The notes under the pieces were generated by a model. It searched no databases and was not told where the DNA came from. It worked only from the letters and a program-made list of their open reading frames with translations. This document shows, piece by piece, positions 34,872 through 43,358 of a stretch of 59,515 nucleotides of DNA. The stretch comes from Actinomycetota bacterium (GTDB taxonomy: Bacteria; Actinomycetota; Acidimicrobiia; Acidimicrobiales; Ilumatobacteraceae): contig JBJTOX010000071.1 of NCBI GenBank assembly GCA_046074785.1, positions 1-59,515 on the forward strand, given 5' to 3'. Each line of letters starts with the position of its first letter. Position 1 is the stretch's first letter. Made by a program: the position numbers and the translations under genes.

Positions 34872-36203
34872 CTACTTCTGCACGTTCTCGTTGAGCGCCA
34901 ACCTGCGTTGCATTTTCTCGACATTGTGCGGCATCGCCAGAACCTCGCGATATTGATCGACGGTGAGAGAAGCACAGTGGCGCCACGACCAGCGCTCGAC
35001 GACGCGTTGACGCCCTGCAGCACCGACCTTGTGCCGTAGTTGTTCGTCATCGAGACCGCGTCGCAACGCTGCTGCGAGTGCGTCTGCGTCTGCAGGAGGG
35101 CAAGACAGCACCGTCTCTCCGTCCCGTCCGGTCACTTCGGGGAGAGCACCACCGGTGGTGGCAACCAGACAAATACCAGTGCTCATTGCTTCGATTGAAG
35201 GAAGACTGAATCCTTCGTAGAGACTTGGCACGACCGCCAGTGTGCTTTCTGCGTAGAGCTCGACGATGCGCTCGTCGCTTACGCCGGAAACATAGGTGAT
35301 GCAGTCACGGAGTCCGAGCGACTCGATGAGATCGGCACTCGCTCCGGCACGCGGCTTCCCGATGATGGTGAGGTGTACGTCGCGTTCGGTGCGCAACTTT
35401 GCGACGGCCTCGAGCAAGTACGACAATCCCTTGAGCGCCACGTCGGCAGATGCCGTGGTGATGAGATGGTGCGGCTTGCGGGTAATCGACGGAATGGGCT
35501 TGAAGAGATCCGGATCGACCCCGACGGGGACGAGTCGCATTCGGTCGAGCGACACGCCCATGTCAGCGTGAATGTCGTTGATCGAATTTTCGCTCACCAC
35601 CACGATGCGTGGGAGTCGGCTCGCGACCTTGCCCTGCATCTTCACGAACGAGTACCACCTGGAAATGCCGAAACGCTTCCAGAGCGTCTTCGTGTGTTGC
35701 ATCTCGAGTTTTCGGTCTTTGGTGATCGGATGATGGAGCGTGACGATCGTCGGAATCAACTTTTCAATGGAGAGAATGTGCTTACCCAGGCACTGGTTGT
35801 CGTGTACGAGGTCGAAATCCGCGGTGCGTTCGCGCAGGGCGCGGTACGCACGCAGACTGAAGGTGAGCGGCTCGGCGAAGGTGCCCTTTAGGAAGTACAG
35901 AGCTTCGAGGGCGTTCGGCCAGTTGTTGAGTTCCCAATAGGCAGGGAATCGTCCCGGATACTGGTCGTTGAAGATGTCGAGGCTCGGCACCTTGTGCATT
36001 GCGACGCGCGGATCGAGAACCGGGTACGGCTGCCCGCCGTACACCTCGACATGGTGACCCAGGTCGACGAGTGCCTTGGTGAGGTGACGTGTGTAGACGC
36101 CTTGACCGCCGACATGCGGCTTTCCGCGGTACGTGAGATACGCAAGACGCAGCGGACCTTCGCGAAGCCGGTCAAGTTCGCGCTGCACGTCGCCCCTCGA
36201 CAT
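34872..36203 (-). CDS. Family 4 glycosyltransferase (GT-B fold)
   Basis: N-terminal PHVGGQGVYTRHLTKALVDLGHHVEVY and C-terminal VVPSLYEGFSLPSIEAMSTG (E-x7-E-like) motif. The stop is 3 nt before the downstream fusion gene's ATG. Confidence 0.8.
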   Translation of the reverse strand: MSRGDVQRELDRLREGPLRLAYLTYRGKPHVGGQGVYTRHLTKALVDLGHHVEVYGGQPYPVLDPRVAMHKVPSLDIFNDQYPGRFPAYWELNNWPNALEALYFLKGTFAEPLTFSLRAYRALRERTADFDLVHDNQCLGKHILSIEKLIPTIVTLHHPITKDRKLEMQHTKTLWKRFGISRWYSFVKMQGKVASRLPRIVVVSENSINDIHADMGVSLDRMRLVPVGVDPDLFKPIPSITRKPHHLITTASADVALKGLSYLLEAVAKLRTERDVHLTIIGKPRAGASADLIESLGLRDCITYVSGVSDERIVELYAESTLAVVPSLYEGFSLPSIEAMSTGICLVATTGGALPEVTGRDGETVLSCPPADADALAAALRRGLDDEQLRHKVGAAGRQRVVERWSWRHCASLTVDQYREVLAMPHNVEKMQRRLALNENVQK

Positions 36204-36228
36204 GCGACTTGAGGCTATCGCTGACCGA

Positions 36229-37011
36229 TTATCGAGCGATCAATTTCATCGTGCGTTGCAACGGTGTAGTCGGTGTGATGACGTGCGGTGCGAGCGTGAA
36301 ACCATCGGGTGGACCCGATTGTGGTTCGACACATAGCGCATGCTTGGGCATGTCGTACACGACCCAATGATCGCAGTCACTCTCAATCTCGATTCGCACG
36401 TCGTCATACACCACCGCAGGAGTACGTCTCGCTGACGTGAAGCAGTCATCCCACGGGCCCGATGTCGGTACCGTCTTCTTGCCGTTCGGGATGTATTCGG
36501 CATCGCGCACATACATCTCGGTGAAGTCGACCTCAAGTCGAGCCGGTCGGATGAACCATGGATGCCATCCCACTTGTGCAGGCATCGATGCATCAGAAGT
36601 TGTGACCGTGAGCGTGCAGGTGAGAACTCGCGACGCAACGTCGATGCGTACTTCATGAGTCACGTTTCCGGAAAAGGGCCAGCGATGTCCGAGTGGTGCG
36701 GTGAGCACCGCGTGTGCGGGTGACTGCTCGATGGTCGACCAGCTCACATCGAAGACCGTGCCGTGAATGGCGTGTGTGCCGAAGTTGAGCGGAAGTTGAT
36801 GTTGTCTTCCATCGTGCGTGAACTTTCCGTGACGAACGCGACCCGTGTAGGGAACCATCGGATACGCACCCCACGCCGTAGCGGCCATGTCCGGCGTTCG
36901 GCCCAACAGCCGCTCTCGCGCGTATATTCGCAGCGAAGCCAATCGTGCGCCACGCAGCACGTCGATCGAACACCCGAAACCAACACCACCCAAGTGGATT
37001 TCGCCGCTCAC
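36229..37011 (-). CDS. Aldose 1-epimerase (galactose mutarotase-like) family protein
   Basis: 260 aa, beta-rich. GARLASLRI, YPMVPYTGRV, HAIHGTVF and QVGWHPWF resemble the small actinobacterial aldose-epimerase family. The GTG start overlaps the lnt stop (GTGA). Confidence 0.6.
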   Translation of the reverse strand: MSGEIHLGGVGFGCSIDVLRGARLASLRIYARERLLGRTPDMAATAWGAYPMVPYTGRVRHGKFTHDGRQHQLPLNFGTHAIHGTVFDVSWSTIEQSPAHAVLTAPLGHRWPFSGNVTHEVRIDVASRVLTCTLTVTTSDASMPAQVGWHPWFIRPARLEVDFTEMYVRDAEYIPNGKKTVPTSGPWDDCFTSARRTPAVVYDDVRIEIESDCDHWVVYDMPKHALCVEPQSGPPDGFTLAPHVITPTTPLQRTMKLIAR

Positions 37012-38525
37012 TTTCGCAACCTGCGAGCTGCAATTCCGACGAATCCGAGCAATCCGACGGCGATCGACATGTCACCAAGGTACGAATACGGGGTGCGTCC
37101 CGTGCGCAGAGGAATGTCCTGAAAGATCACTGCCTGTTTGCCGATGGGAATTCGTTGCAGCACGTGACCATCCGGGTCGACGAACACACTGAAACCAGTG
37201 GTGGCTGCCTGTACGACATAACGACCGGACTCGATGGCGCGGAGTTGCGACGTTGCTACTTGTTGCTGCTGAAGAATCTCCCCGGTGTAGCTGGAACCGT
37301 TGGTGGGATTGAGCACGATCTTGCCTCCGAATGACACACCGTCGTCGACACGTCGCGAGAAAAAGACCTCCCATGAGATCGTGACGGCGAGCGTCACCTT
37401 GTCCGAGCCGCGTGGCACCTCGATGACGGCCCGCGACGAGCCGGCGACTGCATCACGCGGGATGCGATTGACGGGTGCACCAAGGCTCTCGAGCAACGCG
37501 CGAAGCGGCACGTATTCGCCGTAGGGAACACGCCGCACCTTGTCGTAACGACTGAGTTCGTTGCCGCGGCGATCGACAACGATCTGGGCATTCGTGAAGT
37601 TGTCACCAGCATCCTCGGTGACACCGACTGCAAACAGTGCACCGACACGATCGGCTTCCGTGACGATCTCGTCACGCACGCGACTGGTGGAGAAGTCGTC
37701 GACGTCTATGGCGTTCTCCGGCCACACGACGAGATCCACGTCATCATCCGAATCAAGAAGCCGTGTTGCCTCGAGGTGCCGGAGAGTCACGTCTCGTGGA
37801 TTGCTGTTGATGGCTAGCACACCTTGCGGTCCGCCACCTTGTACGACGGCGATTCGCAGACTTTCGTCAGTGTCTTTCCCCCGTGGTGAGACGAGACCAA
37901 GCACTTGTGCAAATACGATGACGCCGAGTACCGCGATCGTCGTTCGGCGGGGTGCTCTATTGAGTTCGTGGCGCCGCAACCACAACGTTGCTGCGAACGC
38001 AGCAACCATGAATATCCAGAACCCCAGACCGAGCGGCCCAACGAGTCGAACGAGGTAGGCAAGGCGAGTATCGGCGAGACCGAGAGCAAGTCCGGCGAGG
38101 GGGACCCCTCCGAACGGGGCAACGACGCGCACGCACTCGACCAATGCGTGCAATGCCGCACGGAGCATGAGGCGTAGCAACGTGTTCGATTGCTGAAGTG
38201 GCGCCAGTCGAACGGTGAGTACTGCTGCAAGGCCGTGCCACACCGAGAACAGCAGTGGAGCGATGACAAATCCGCCGGGAACGAGATGCCACATCCAGCC
38301 CATGGCCGGCGCCATCCAGCCCCAAGCAAAGATCGTCGCCGTCAGGAATTGTGGTCGTGCTCCACGTCCGATGCGTTCGGCAGCGATGAAATAGCAGGCG
38401 ATGCCGATGAACATGGTGGGCCACCAACCGACTGGTGGCAGTCCCACTGCAACGAGAACACCGCCGAAAAGTGAGAGTGCGAACGGAGCCACTCGCTTCA
38501 CTCGGGTTCGGTCATCATTCGCCAT
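37008..38525 (-). CDS. lnt: Apolipoprotein N-acyltransferase
   Basis: N-terminal polytopic membrane domain plus a C-terminal CN-hydrolase domain (RIAVVQGG, LVVWPENA, later ISWEVFF and QAATTG). Start trimmed to ATG 38525 to clear the upstream M48 gene. Confidence 0.75.
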   Translation of the reverse strand: MANDDRTRVKRVAPFALSLFGGVLVAVGLPPVGWWPTMFIGIACYFIAAERIGRGARPQFLTATIFAWGWMAPAMGWMWHLVPGGFVIAPLLFSVWHGLAAVLTVRLAPLQQSNTLLRLMLRAALHALVECVRVVAPFGGVPLAGLALGLADTRLAYLVRLVGPLGLGFWIFMVAAFAATLWLRRHELNRAPRRTTIAVLGVIVFAQVLGLVSPRGKDTDESLRIAVVQGGGPQGVLAINSNPRDVTLRHLEATRLLDSDDDVDLVVWPENAIDVDDFSTSRVRDEIVTEADRVGALFAVGVTEDAGDNFTNAQIVVDRRGNELSRYDKVRRVPYGEYVPLRALLESLGAPVNRIPRDAVAGSSRAVIEVPRGSDKVTLAVTISWEVFFSRRVDDGVSFGGKIVLNPTNGSSYTGEILQQQQVATSQLRAIESGRYVVQAATTGFSVFVDPDGHVLQRIPIGKQAVIFQDIPLRTGRTPYSYLGDMSIAVGLLGFVGIAARRLRK

Positions 38526-38533
38526 CGCTGCAG

Positions 38534-39454
38534 TCACCTGATGGCTCCGCGCGAGCGCATGTATGCAGCGAGTTTGTTGATTCGAACGCGCATCGGTGGG
38601 TGGGAGGCGAATACCCGCTGCCACATGTTGATTCGCGCAGGGCGAACTGTCGTGGTCTCCCAGTCGCGCATCGCGGCAAGCAGCTGATTACCAAAACCCA
38701 GTTGTGCGGCACGGCGGTCGGCATGAAACTCCGTGGCACGACTCGCAGCGTTGCCCAGCGATGTTGCGAGAGAAACATTCAACATGAGCATCCACGACGC
38801 GACATGCAGGAACGCGGCGACGAAGAGTCCGAGTGCATGCAACAGGGGGATTCGTCGGGCGAATGCAATCGTTGCAGTCTCGGCGATTCCCCGCAGACGC
38901 ATTCCGACCCGTGATAGCAGCGTGATCGGCAAGATCATCCATTGCGTGACGGTGAGGGCGACGGTGTGCAATCCCAAGTGGTGGCTGAGTTCATGGGCGA
39001 TGACACCCGAGAGTCTCGACTCGTCGAGCTGTTCGATGGCATACGACGACACGATGACGAGGTGTCCGCCGCATGCGAATGCATTCAATGAGTCGGTGTC
39101 GACGACAGCGAGCACGAATCGACGTTGCTCAAGCGAGTTGCGCAGAACGATGGGCGTCCATGCCGCGTCGAGTAGCGCACGCTCGCGGCTGGTCGGCAGG
39201 CGAGCTCCGAGCAACCGCATGAGCACGAATCGTTGCACCGGGCGCGAGAACAACAGGATGAACAGCGAGAAGAACGCACCCACGAAGAGCCAATAGTTCA
39301 CGTCCCCCCACCACCAGAACGGCAGCCACAACACGGTGGTGGTGAGAATCCATGCCGGCAGAAGGGCGATGATTGCGGAGATTCCTGTGAATGCCGACCA
39401 GTCCACACTCGGCGAACGACTCGACACGATGGGTGAACCTAGCGTGGGCTTCAT
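38534..39454 (-). CDS. M48 family (HtpX-like) zinc metalloprotease
   Basis: TM helices plus the HELSHH zinc motif and a downstream EFHADRRAA glutamate-containing helix. Start is ATG 39454 or GTG 39427. Confidence 0.75.
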   Translation of the reverse strand: MKPTLGSPIVSSRSPSVDWSAFTGISAIIALLPAWILTTTVLWLPFWWWGDVNYWLFVGAFFSLFILLFSRPVQRFVLMRLLGARLPTSRERALLDAAWTPIVLRNSLEQRRFVLAVVDTDSLNAFACGGHLVIVSSYAIEQLDESRLSGVIAHELSHHLGLHTVALTVTQWMILPITLLSRVGMRLRGIAETATIAFARRIPLLHALGLFVAAFLHVASWMLMLNVSLATSLGNAASRATEFHADRRAAQLGFGNQLLAAMRDWETTTVRPARINMWQRVFASHPPMRVRINKLAAYMRSRGAIR

Positions 39455-40298
39455 GAACTGGCTCGCTTCACTTCCCAGCCCTTCATCGGGTTCGCTCGAA
39501 CTCGGACCACTGCGGCTGAATGCCTACGGATTGATGATTGCGCTCGGGGCCATCGCCGCCACATGGTTGATGGGTCGGCGGCTCGAGGCGCGCAAATGGG
39601 GGACACGTGACGACGCCAGCTCGATTGCCATTTGGGCGGTTCCTGCCGGAGTGATTGGAGCCCGCCTGTATCACGTGATCACCGACTGGCAGCGTTTTGA
39701 AGGACGCTGGATCGACACGATCAAGATTTGGAAGGGTGGGCTCGGCATTTGGGGTGGCCTCGTTCTCGGAACGATCGTCGGACTTTGGGTCGCCAAGCGT
39801 CGAGGCCTGAACGTCTCGCAGGTGCTCACGACCGTGGCACCTGCCTTGCCGCTTGCACAGGCAATTGGGCGATTCGGCAATTGGTTCAACCAGGAATTGT
39901 TCGGTCGACCCACCACGTTGCCGTGGGGACTGGAAATTGACGACAAGCATCTGCCGAAGGGATACGAGTCGGGAACCCTGTTTCATCCCACGTTCTTGTA
40001 CGAGTCTCTCGGTTGCCTTCTCCTCGTCTTCGTGCTGTTGCAGGTCGATCGACGGGTGAACTTGAAACCCGGACGACTCTTTGCGGTGTATGCGGCTGGT
40101 TACGCATTGCTGCGGTTCTTCGTCGAAGGTCTGCGGATTGATCCGGCAAAGTCGGCCGGCGGATTGCGACTCAATCAGTGGGTTTCGATCGTTGTGTTTG
40201 CCGTGGCAGTGGCCATCGTGGTGCGATCTCGTACGAGCCAAGGCTCGGCTTCACAGGATCAGGATTCGAAGCCCTCGTCCGTCGAGCCGACTACGTAG
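39453..40298 (+). CDS. lgt: Prolipoprotein diacylglyceryl transferase
   Basis: LGPLRLNAYGLMIALGAIAA, the Lgt signature GRFGNWFNQELFGRPT, and HPTFLYESL. Start is ATG 39453 or 39429. Confidence 0.85.
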   Translation: MNWLASLPSPSSGSLELGPLRLNAYGLMIALGAIAATWLMGRRLEARKWGTRDDASSIAIWAVPAGVIGARLYHVITDWQRFEGRWIDTIKIWKGGLGIWGGLVLGTIVGLWVAKRRGLNVSQVLTTVAPALPLAQAIGRFGNWFNQELFGRPTTLPWGLEIDDKHLPKGYESGTLFHPTFLYESLGCLLLVFVLLQVDRRVNLKPGRLFAVYAAGYALLRFFVEGLRIDPAKSAGGLRLNQWVSIVVFAVAVAIVVRSRTSQGSASQDQDSKPSSVEPTT

Positions 40299-41157
40299 CA
40301 ACTCGCAGTCGGGCGGCAAGCTCCTCGGGTACGACTGGTACGAAGTATTCATTGGTTGCAACTTCTGCCGCTGCGATGTAGCGCATGACGCGTGGCGAGC
40401 GCCATGGTGAAACGATTTCAACGTTGAACCACGCGTCGTCAATGCCTTCGATGTCTCGTGCTCGCGCATTCGACACCGTTGGTCGTTGGTTGAACCACAT
40501 CATCGTCGGTGCTGGCTCCCCGTGCAAGTGCTCTATGCGTTGCAGCACATCCTGAAGAATGGCCGCGAACCCGCGCTGCTCGACTGATGACAACGACGCC
40601 AGGTCGGGTCGTCGTTCGACCGGGGCGATTTCTACCGAGAGCGGGTATGCAGAGACGAACGGAACCGTCGCGGCCCAACCGTCGCGTTCGACGATGAGCC
40701 GATCGCTTGTCGGGTCGGGCTTCCAGCCTGATGCAAGTCGTCGACGTGGACGATCCGGCACGTGATCGAATGCGTAGATCTGGCCGTGCGGATGGTCGAT
40801 GGTGGCCCCAACCTCGCGACCTGAGTTCTCGAAGATGAGTACGTAGTCGACATCGTCCCGATCACCCAGGTTCTTGGTTCGCTCCGTCCACGTCTCGATG
40901 AGAGCAACGAGGTTTTCGTTGGGAAGGTTGCTCAGACGAGCCTCGTGATTGCTCGAATACAGCACCACTTCGCAACGCGAATCGGGCATCGGGGGCCAGC
41001 GATTCGGGATGGTCTTTACGACATACGACTCGCTCGCTTCAAGACCACCCACACAGAACGGACATCCGGAGGAAGGTAGGTTCGGTCGATTTTGACGCGA
41101 GGCAACGACGTGCACCAAGGTGCCCAGCCAGGGGTCGACTCGTTGGTCAGTCATCAT
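40291..41157 (-). CDS. galT: Galactose-1-phosphate uridylyltransferase (HIT superfamily)
   Basis: Zinc knuckle SGCPFCVGG and active-site IDHPHGQIYAF. 288 aa (short actinobacterial-type GalT). Confidence 0.85.
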   Translation of the reverse strand: MMTDQRVDPWLGTLVHVVASRQNRPNLPSSGCPFCVGGLEASESYVVKTIPNRWPPMPDSRCEVVLYSSNHEARLSNLPNENLVALIETWTERTKNLGDRDDVDYVLIFENSGREVGATIDHPHGQIYAFDHVPDRPRRRLASGWKPDPTSDRLIVERDGWAATVPFVSAYPLSVEIAPVERRPDLASLSSVEQRGFAAILQDVLQRIEHLHGEPAPTMMWFNQRPTVSNARARDIEGIDDAWFNVEIVSPWRSPRVMRYIAAAEVATNEYFVPVVPEELAARLRVAT

Positions 41158-42212
41158 CAGGCAGAGATTCGCAGACCAGAATCACCGTCAAAGGCGTGCA
41201 ACGATCCTTGTCGCGCACGCAGTGTGACGCGCGAATGGCTGGAGATACGGGAGAGTCCCGGCGCTCTGGCGACGACCCGTTCGTTGTTCGGTGTGTCGAG
41301 CGAGCAATGAATGAAGGAGTCGCTGCCGAGCTCCTCGACGAACTCCACGACCGCGGCGACCCCGTCCCCCGAGACCTCCAGTCCTTCAGGTCTGACACCA
41401 ACGATCACCCTGGACGGTGAACCAGTGATCGCCACGCTTGCGCCGGCGAACGACACCGAGTTGCCGGTGACCGGCACCTCGATCATGTTCATGGCTGGTG
41501 AGCCGATGAAGCCTGCGACGAACATGTTGACGGGCTTGGAGAAGAGATCCTGGGGAGCGGCAACTTGCTGCAACACGCCGTCCTTGAGCACTGCGATTCG
41601 GTGGCCCATCGTCATCGCTTCGACTTGGTCGTGGGTTACGTACACGGTGGTGACACCGAGTTGGCCTTGCAACTCGGCGACCTGCGTGCGGGTCTGTACT
41701 CGAAGTTTGGCGTCGAGGTTCGACAATGGTTCGTCCATGAGGAACACTTCGGGTTTGCGCACGATTGCGCGCCCCATTGCGACTCGCTGGCGCTGACCGC
41801 CGGAGAGTTTTGCCGGCTTTCGCTCCAACAAGTCGGAGAGATCGAGCATTCGCGCCGTCTCCTCGACGCGCTGTTTGATCTCTGCCTTGTCGACGTTGTT
41901 GATCTTCAAATTGAAACCAATGTTCTCGGCCACCGTCATGTGCGGATACAACGCATAGCTCTGGAACACCATCGCAATGTTGCGATCCTTCGGTGCGAGA
42001 TCTGTGACGTCGCGATCACCGATACTGATTGAGCCGGAATCGACCGACTCGAGACCAGCGATCATCCGCAACATCGTGGACTTGCCACAACCTGACGGGC
42101 CAACGAGTACGAGGAACTCGCCGTGCTCGATCGTGAGATCAACGGCGTTGACTGCCGGGTGGTTCATGCCGGAGAAGTGGCGGGTGGCCTTCTTCAGTTG
42201 CACCGATGACAC
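41157..42212 (-). CDS. Sugar ABC transporter ATP-binding protein (MalK/MsiK/UgpC type)
   Basis: Walker A GPSGCGKST, signature LSGGQRQRVAM, Walker B VFLMDEPLSNLD, and a C-terminal regulatory TOBE-like domain. Confidence 0.9.
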   Translation of the reverse strand: MSSVQLKKATRHFSGMNHPAVNAVDLTIEHGEFLVLVGPSGCGKSTMLRMIAGLESVDSGSISIGDRDVTDLAPKDRNIAMVFQSYALYPHMTVAENIGFNLKINNVDKAEIKQRVEETARMLDLSDLLERKPAKLSGGQRQRVAMGRAIVRKPEVFLMDEPLSNLDAKLRVQTRTQVAELQGQLGVTTVYVTHDQVEAMTMGHRIAVLKDGVLQQVAAPQDLFSKPVNMFVAGFIGSPAMNMIEVPVTGNSVSFAGASVAITGSPSRVIVGVRPEGLEVSGDGVAAVVEFVEELGSDSFIHCSLDTPNNERVVARAPGLSRISSHSRVTLRARQGSLHAFDGDSGLRISA

Positions 42213-42224
42213 GAGGCACTTCCC

Positions 42225-43103
42225 TTATTTTCGTTGAGAACCGTTGGTAGTCGTTGTCGAATGATCTCGCTGTGTGTCATCGTCGGTTTCGACGATGCGA
42301 ACACTCTTGCACTCACGAGTCAGCACACCGCGAGCATCAGAACGTAGAGAAGAATCACTGATGACCATTGCCGCACCCGAGAGTGGCATGATCGTGCACA
42401 AGCCGTTGAGATTCCACTTTGAGTGATCGGCGAGCACGATGACATCGCTGGTGGTGTTGGCAAACGCGCGGTTAGTTTCGGCCTCAGCGAGGTTGGGGGT
42501 GGTGAAGCCCTTCGCCGACATGCCGTGCACACCCATAAAGACGAGGTCGAGTTGCAACTGCGAAAGTGTCTGCACGGCGGTTGGTCCGACCAGGGCGTCA
42601 CTCGGCGTTCGTGTTCCTCCTACGAGCAGCACCGTTCGGTCACCGCGCGGGAATTGATGAAGGTACTCGGCGATGTGGATGCAGTTCGTCACCACGGTGA
42701 GATCAGCCACGTCGAGCAGCGACATTGCCATGTGATACGTGGTGGTGCCGGCTGTGAGACCGATCGAGGTGCCGCTTCGAACCAGTGTGGCTGCCGCACG
42801 ACCGATGGCGATCTTCTCCTCGAGGTTGCGGCGCGACTTGGTATCGAATCCAGGTTCGAAGGCACTGCGATCGTCGCGCAAGGTGGCACCACCGTGCACT
42901 TTGTCGAGCACTCCGAGCTCGGAGAGCACGTCGAGGTCGCGACGCACGGTCATCTCGGAGACGTCGAGCAAGGCTGCGAGGTCACCGACGCGCACCGCTC
43001 CGTGTAGCCGCAATTGGGTGGTGATGATGTCGTGACGTTGTGCGGCAAGGGCCCGGACCGTTGATCCCGTGGTATCGCTGGGTCGTCGGTCCAGGTCGGT
43101 CAT
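42225..43103 (-). CDS. DeoR/GlpR family transcriptional regulator
   Basis: N-terminal HTH (VRVGDLAALLDVSEMTVRRDLDVL) plus a DeoR C-terminal sensor domain. Start trimmed to ATG 43103. Confidence 0.85.
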   Translation of the reverse strand: MTDLDRRPSDTTGSTVRALAAQRHDIITTQLRLHGAVRVGDLAALLDVSEMTVRRDLDVLSELGVLDKVHGGATLRDDRSAFEPGFDTKSRRNLEEKIAIGRAAATLVRSGTSIGLTAGTTTYHMAMSLLDVADLTVVTNCIHIAEYLHQFPRGDRTVLLVGGTRTPSDALVGPTAVQTLSQLQLDLVFMGVHGMSAKGFTTPNLAEAETNRAFANTTSDVIVLADHSKWNLNGLCTIMPLSGAAMVISDSSLRSDARGVLTRECKSVRIVETDDDTQRDHSTTTTNGSQRK

Positions 43104-43145
43104 CTCGGAGCAAGCATGGCAGAACACGGGGGGTTCGCACAAAAG

Positions 43146-43164
43146 CGCACAGAATGGCTGTGCG
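43146..43164. promoter_or_regulatory. Perfect inverted repeat CGCACAG-N5-CTGTGCG, candidate operator
   Basis: Read directly: cgcacag (43146-43152), aatgg, ctgtgcg (43158-43164). It lies 43-61 nt upstream of the DeoR start in the divergent intergenic region. Confidence 0.35.
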
Positions 43165-43241
43165 ATTCTGCGTCACGTGCAGACTTTCACAGCAATTTGG
43201 GGCAGTTCCGCACCAGAGGGCGATCGTTATCCACACGCAAG

Positions 43242-43268
43242 CGCACGGATTCCCACAGAAACGCACAG
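43242..43268. promoter_or_regulatory. Three phased direct repeats C(G/C)CAC(A/G)G at exact 10-nt spacing, candidate DeoR-type operator array
   Basis: cgcacgg 43242-43248, cccacag 43252-43258, cgcacag 43262-43268. Same half-site as the inverted repeat at 43146, ending 8 nt before a TTGACA. Confidence 0.35.
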
Positions 43269-43275
43269 ATGACGC

Positions 43276-43304
43276 TTGACACGTCGCGGTCTGTTCGTCA
43301 GACT
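43276..43304 (+). promoter_or_regulatory. Candidate sigma-70-type promoter for the ABC/alpha-galactosidase operon
   Basis: TTGACA (43276-43281), 17-nt spacer, CAGACT (43299-43304, fits TANNNT loosely). An AAGGGGG Shine-Dalgarno lies at 43345-43351 before ATG 43359. Confidence 0.25.
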
Positions 43305-43358
43305 GTCGGTATCCGTTCAACTCGTCGTGTCCGGCACGACGCACAAGGGGGCAACGAC

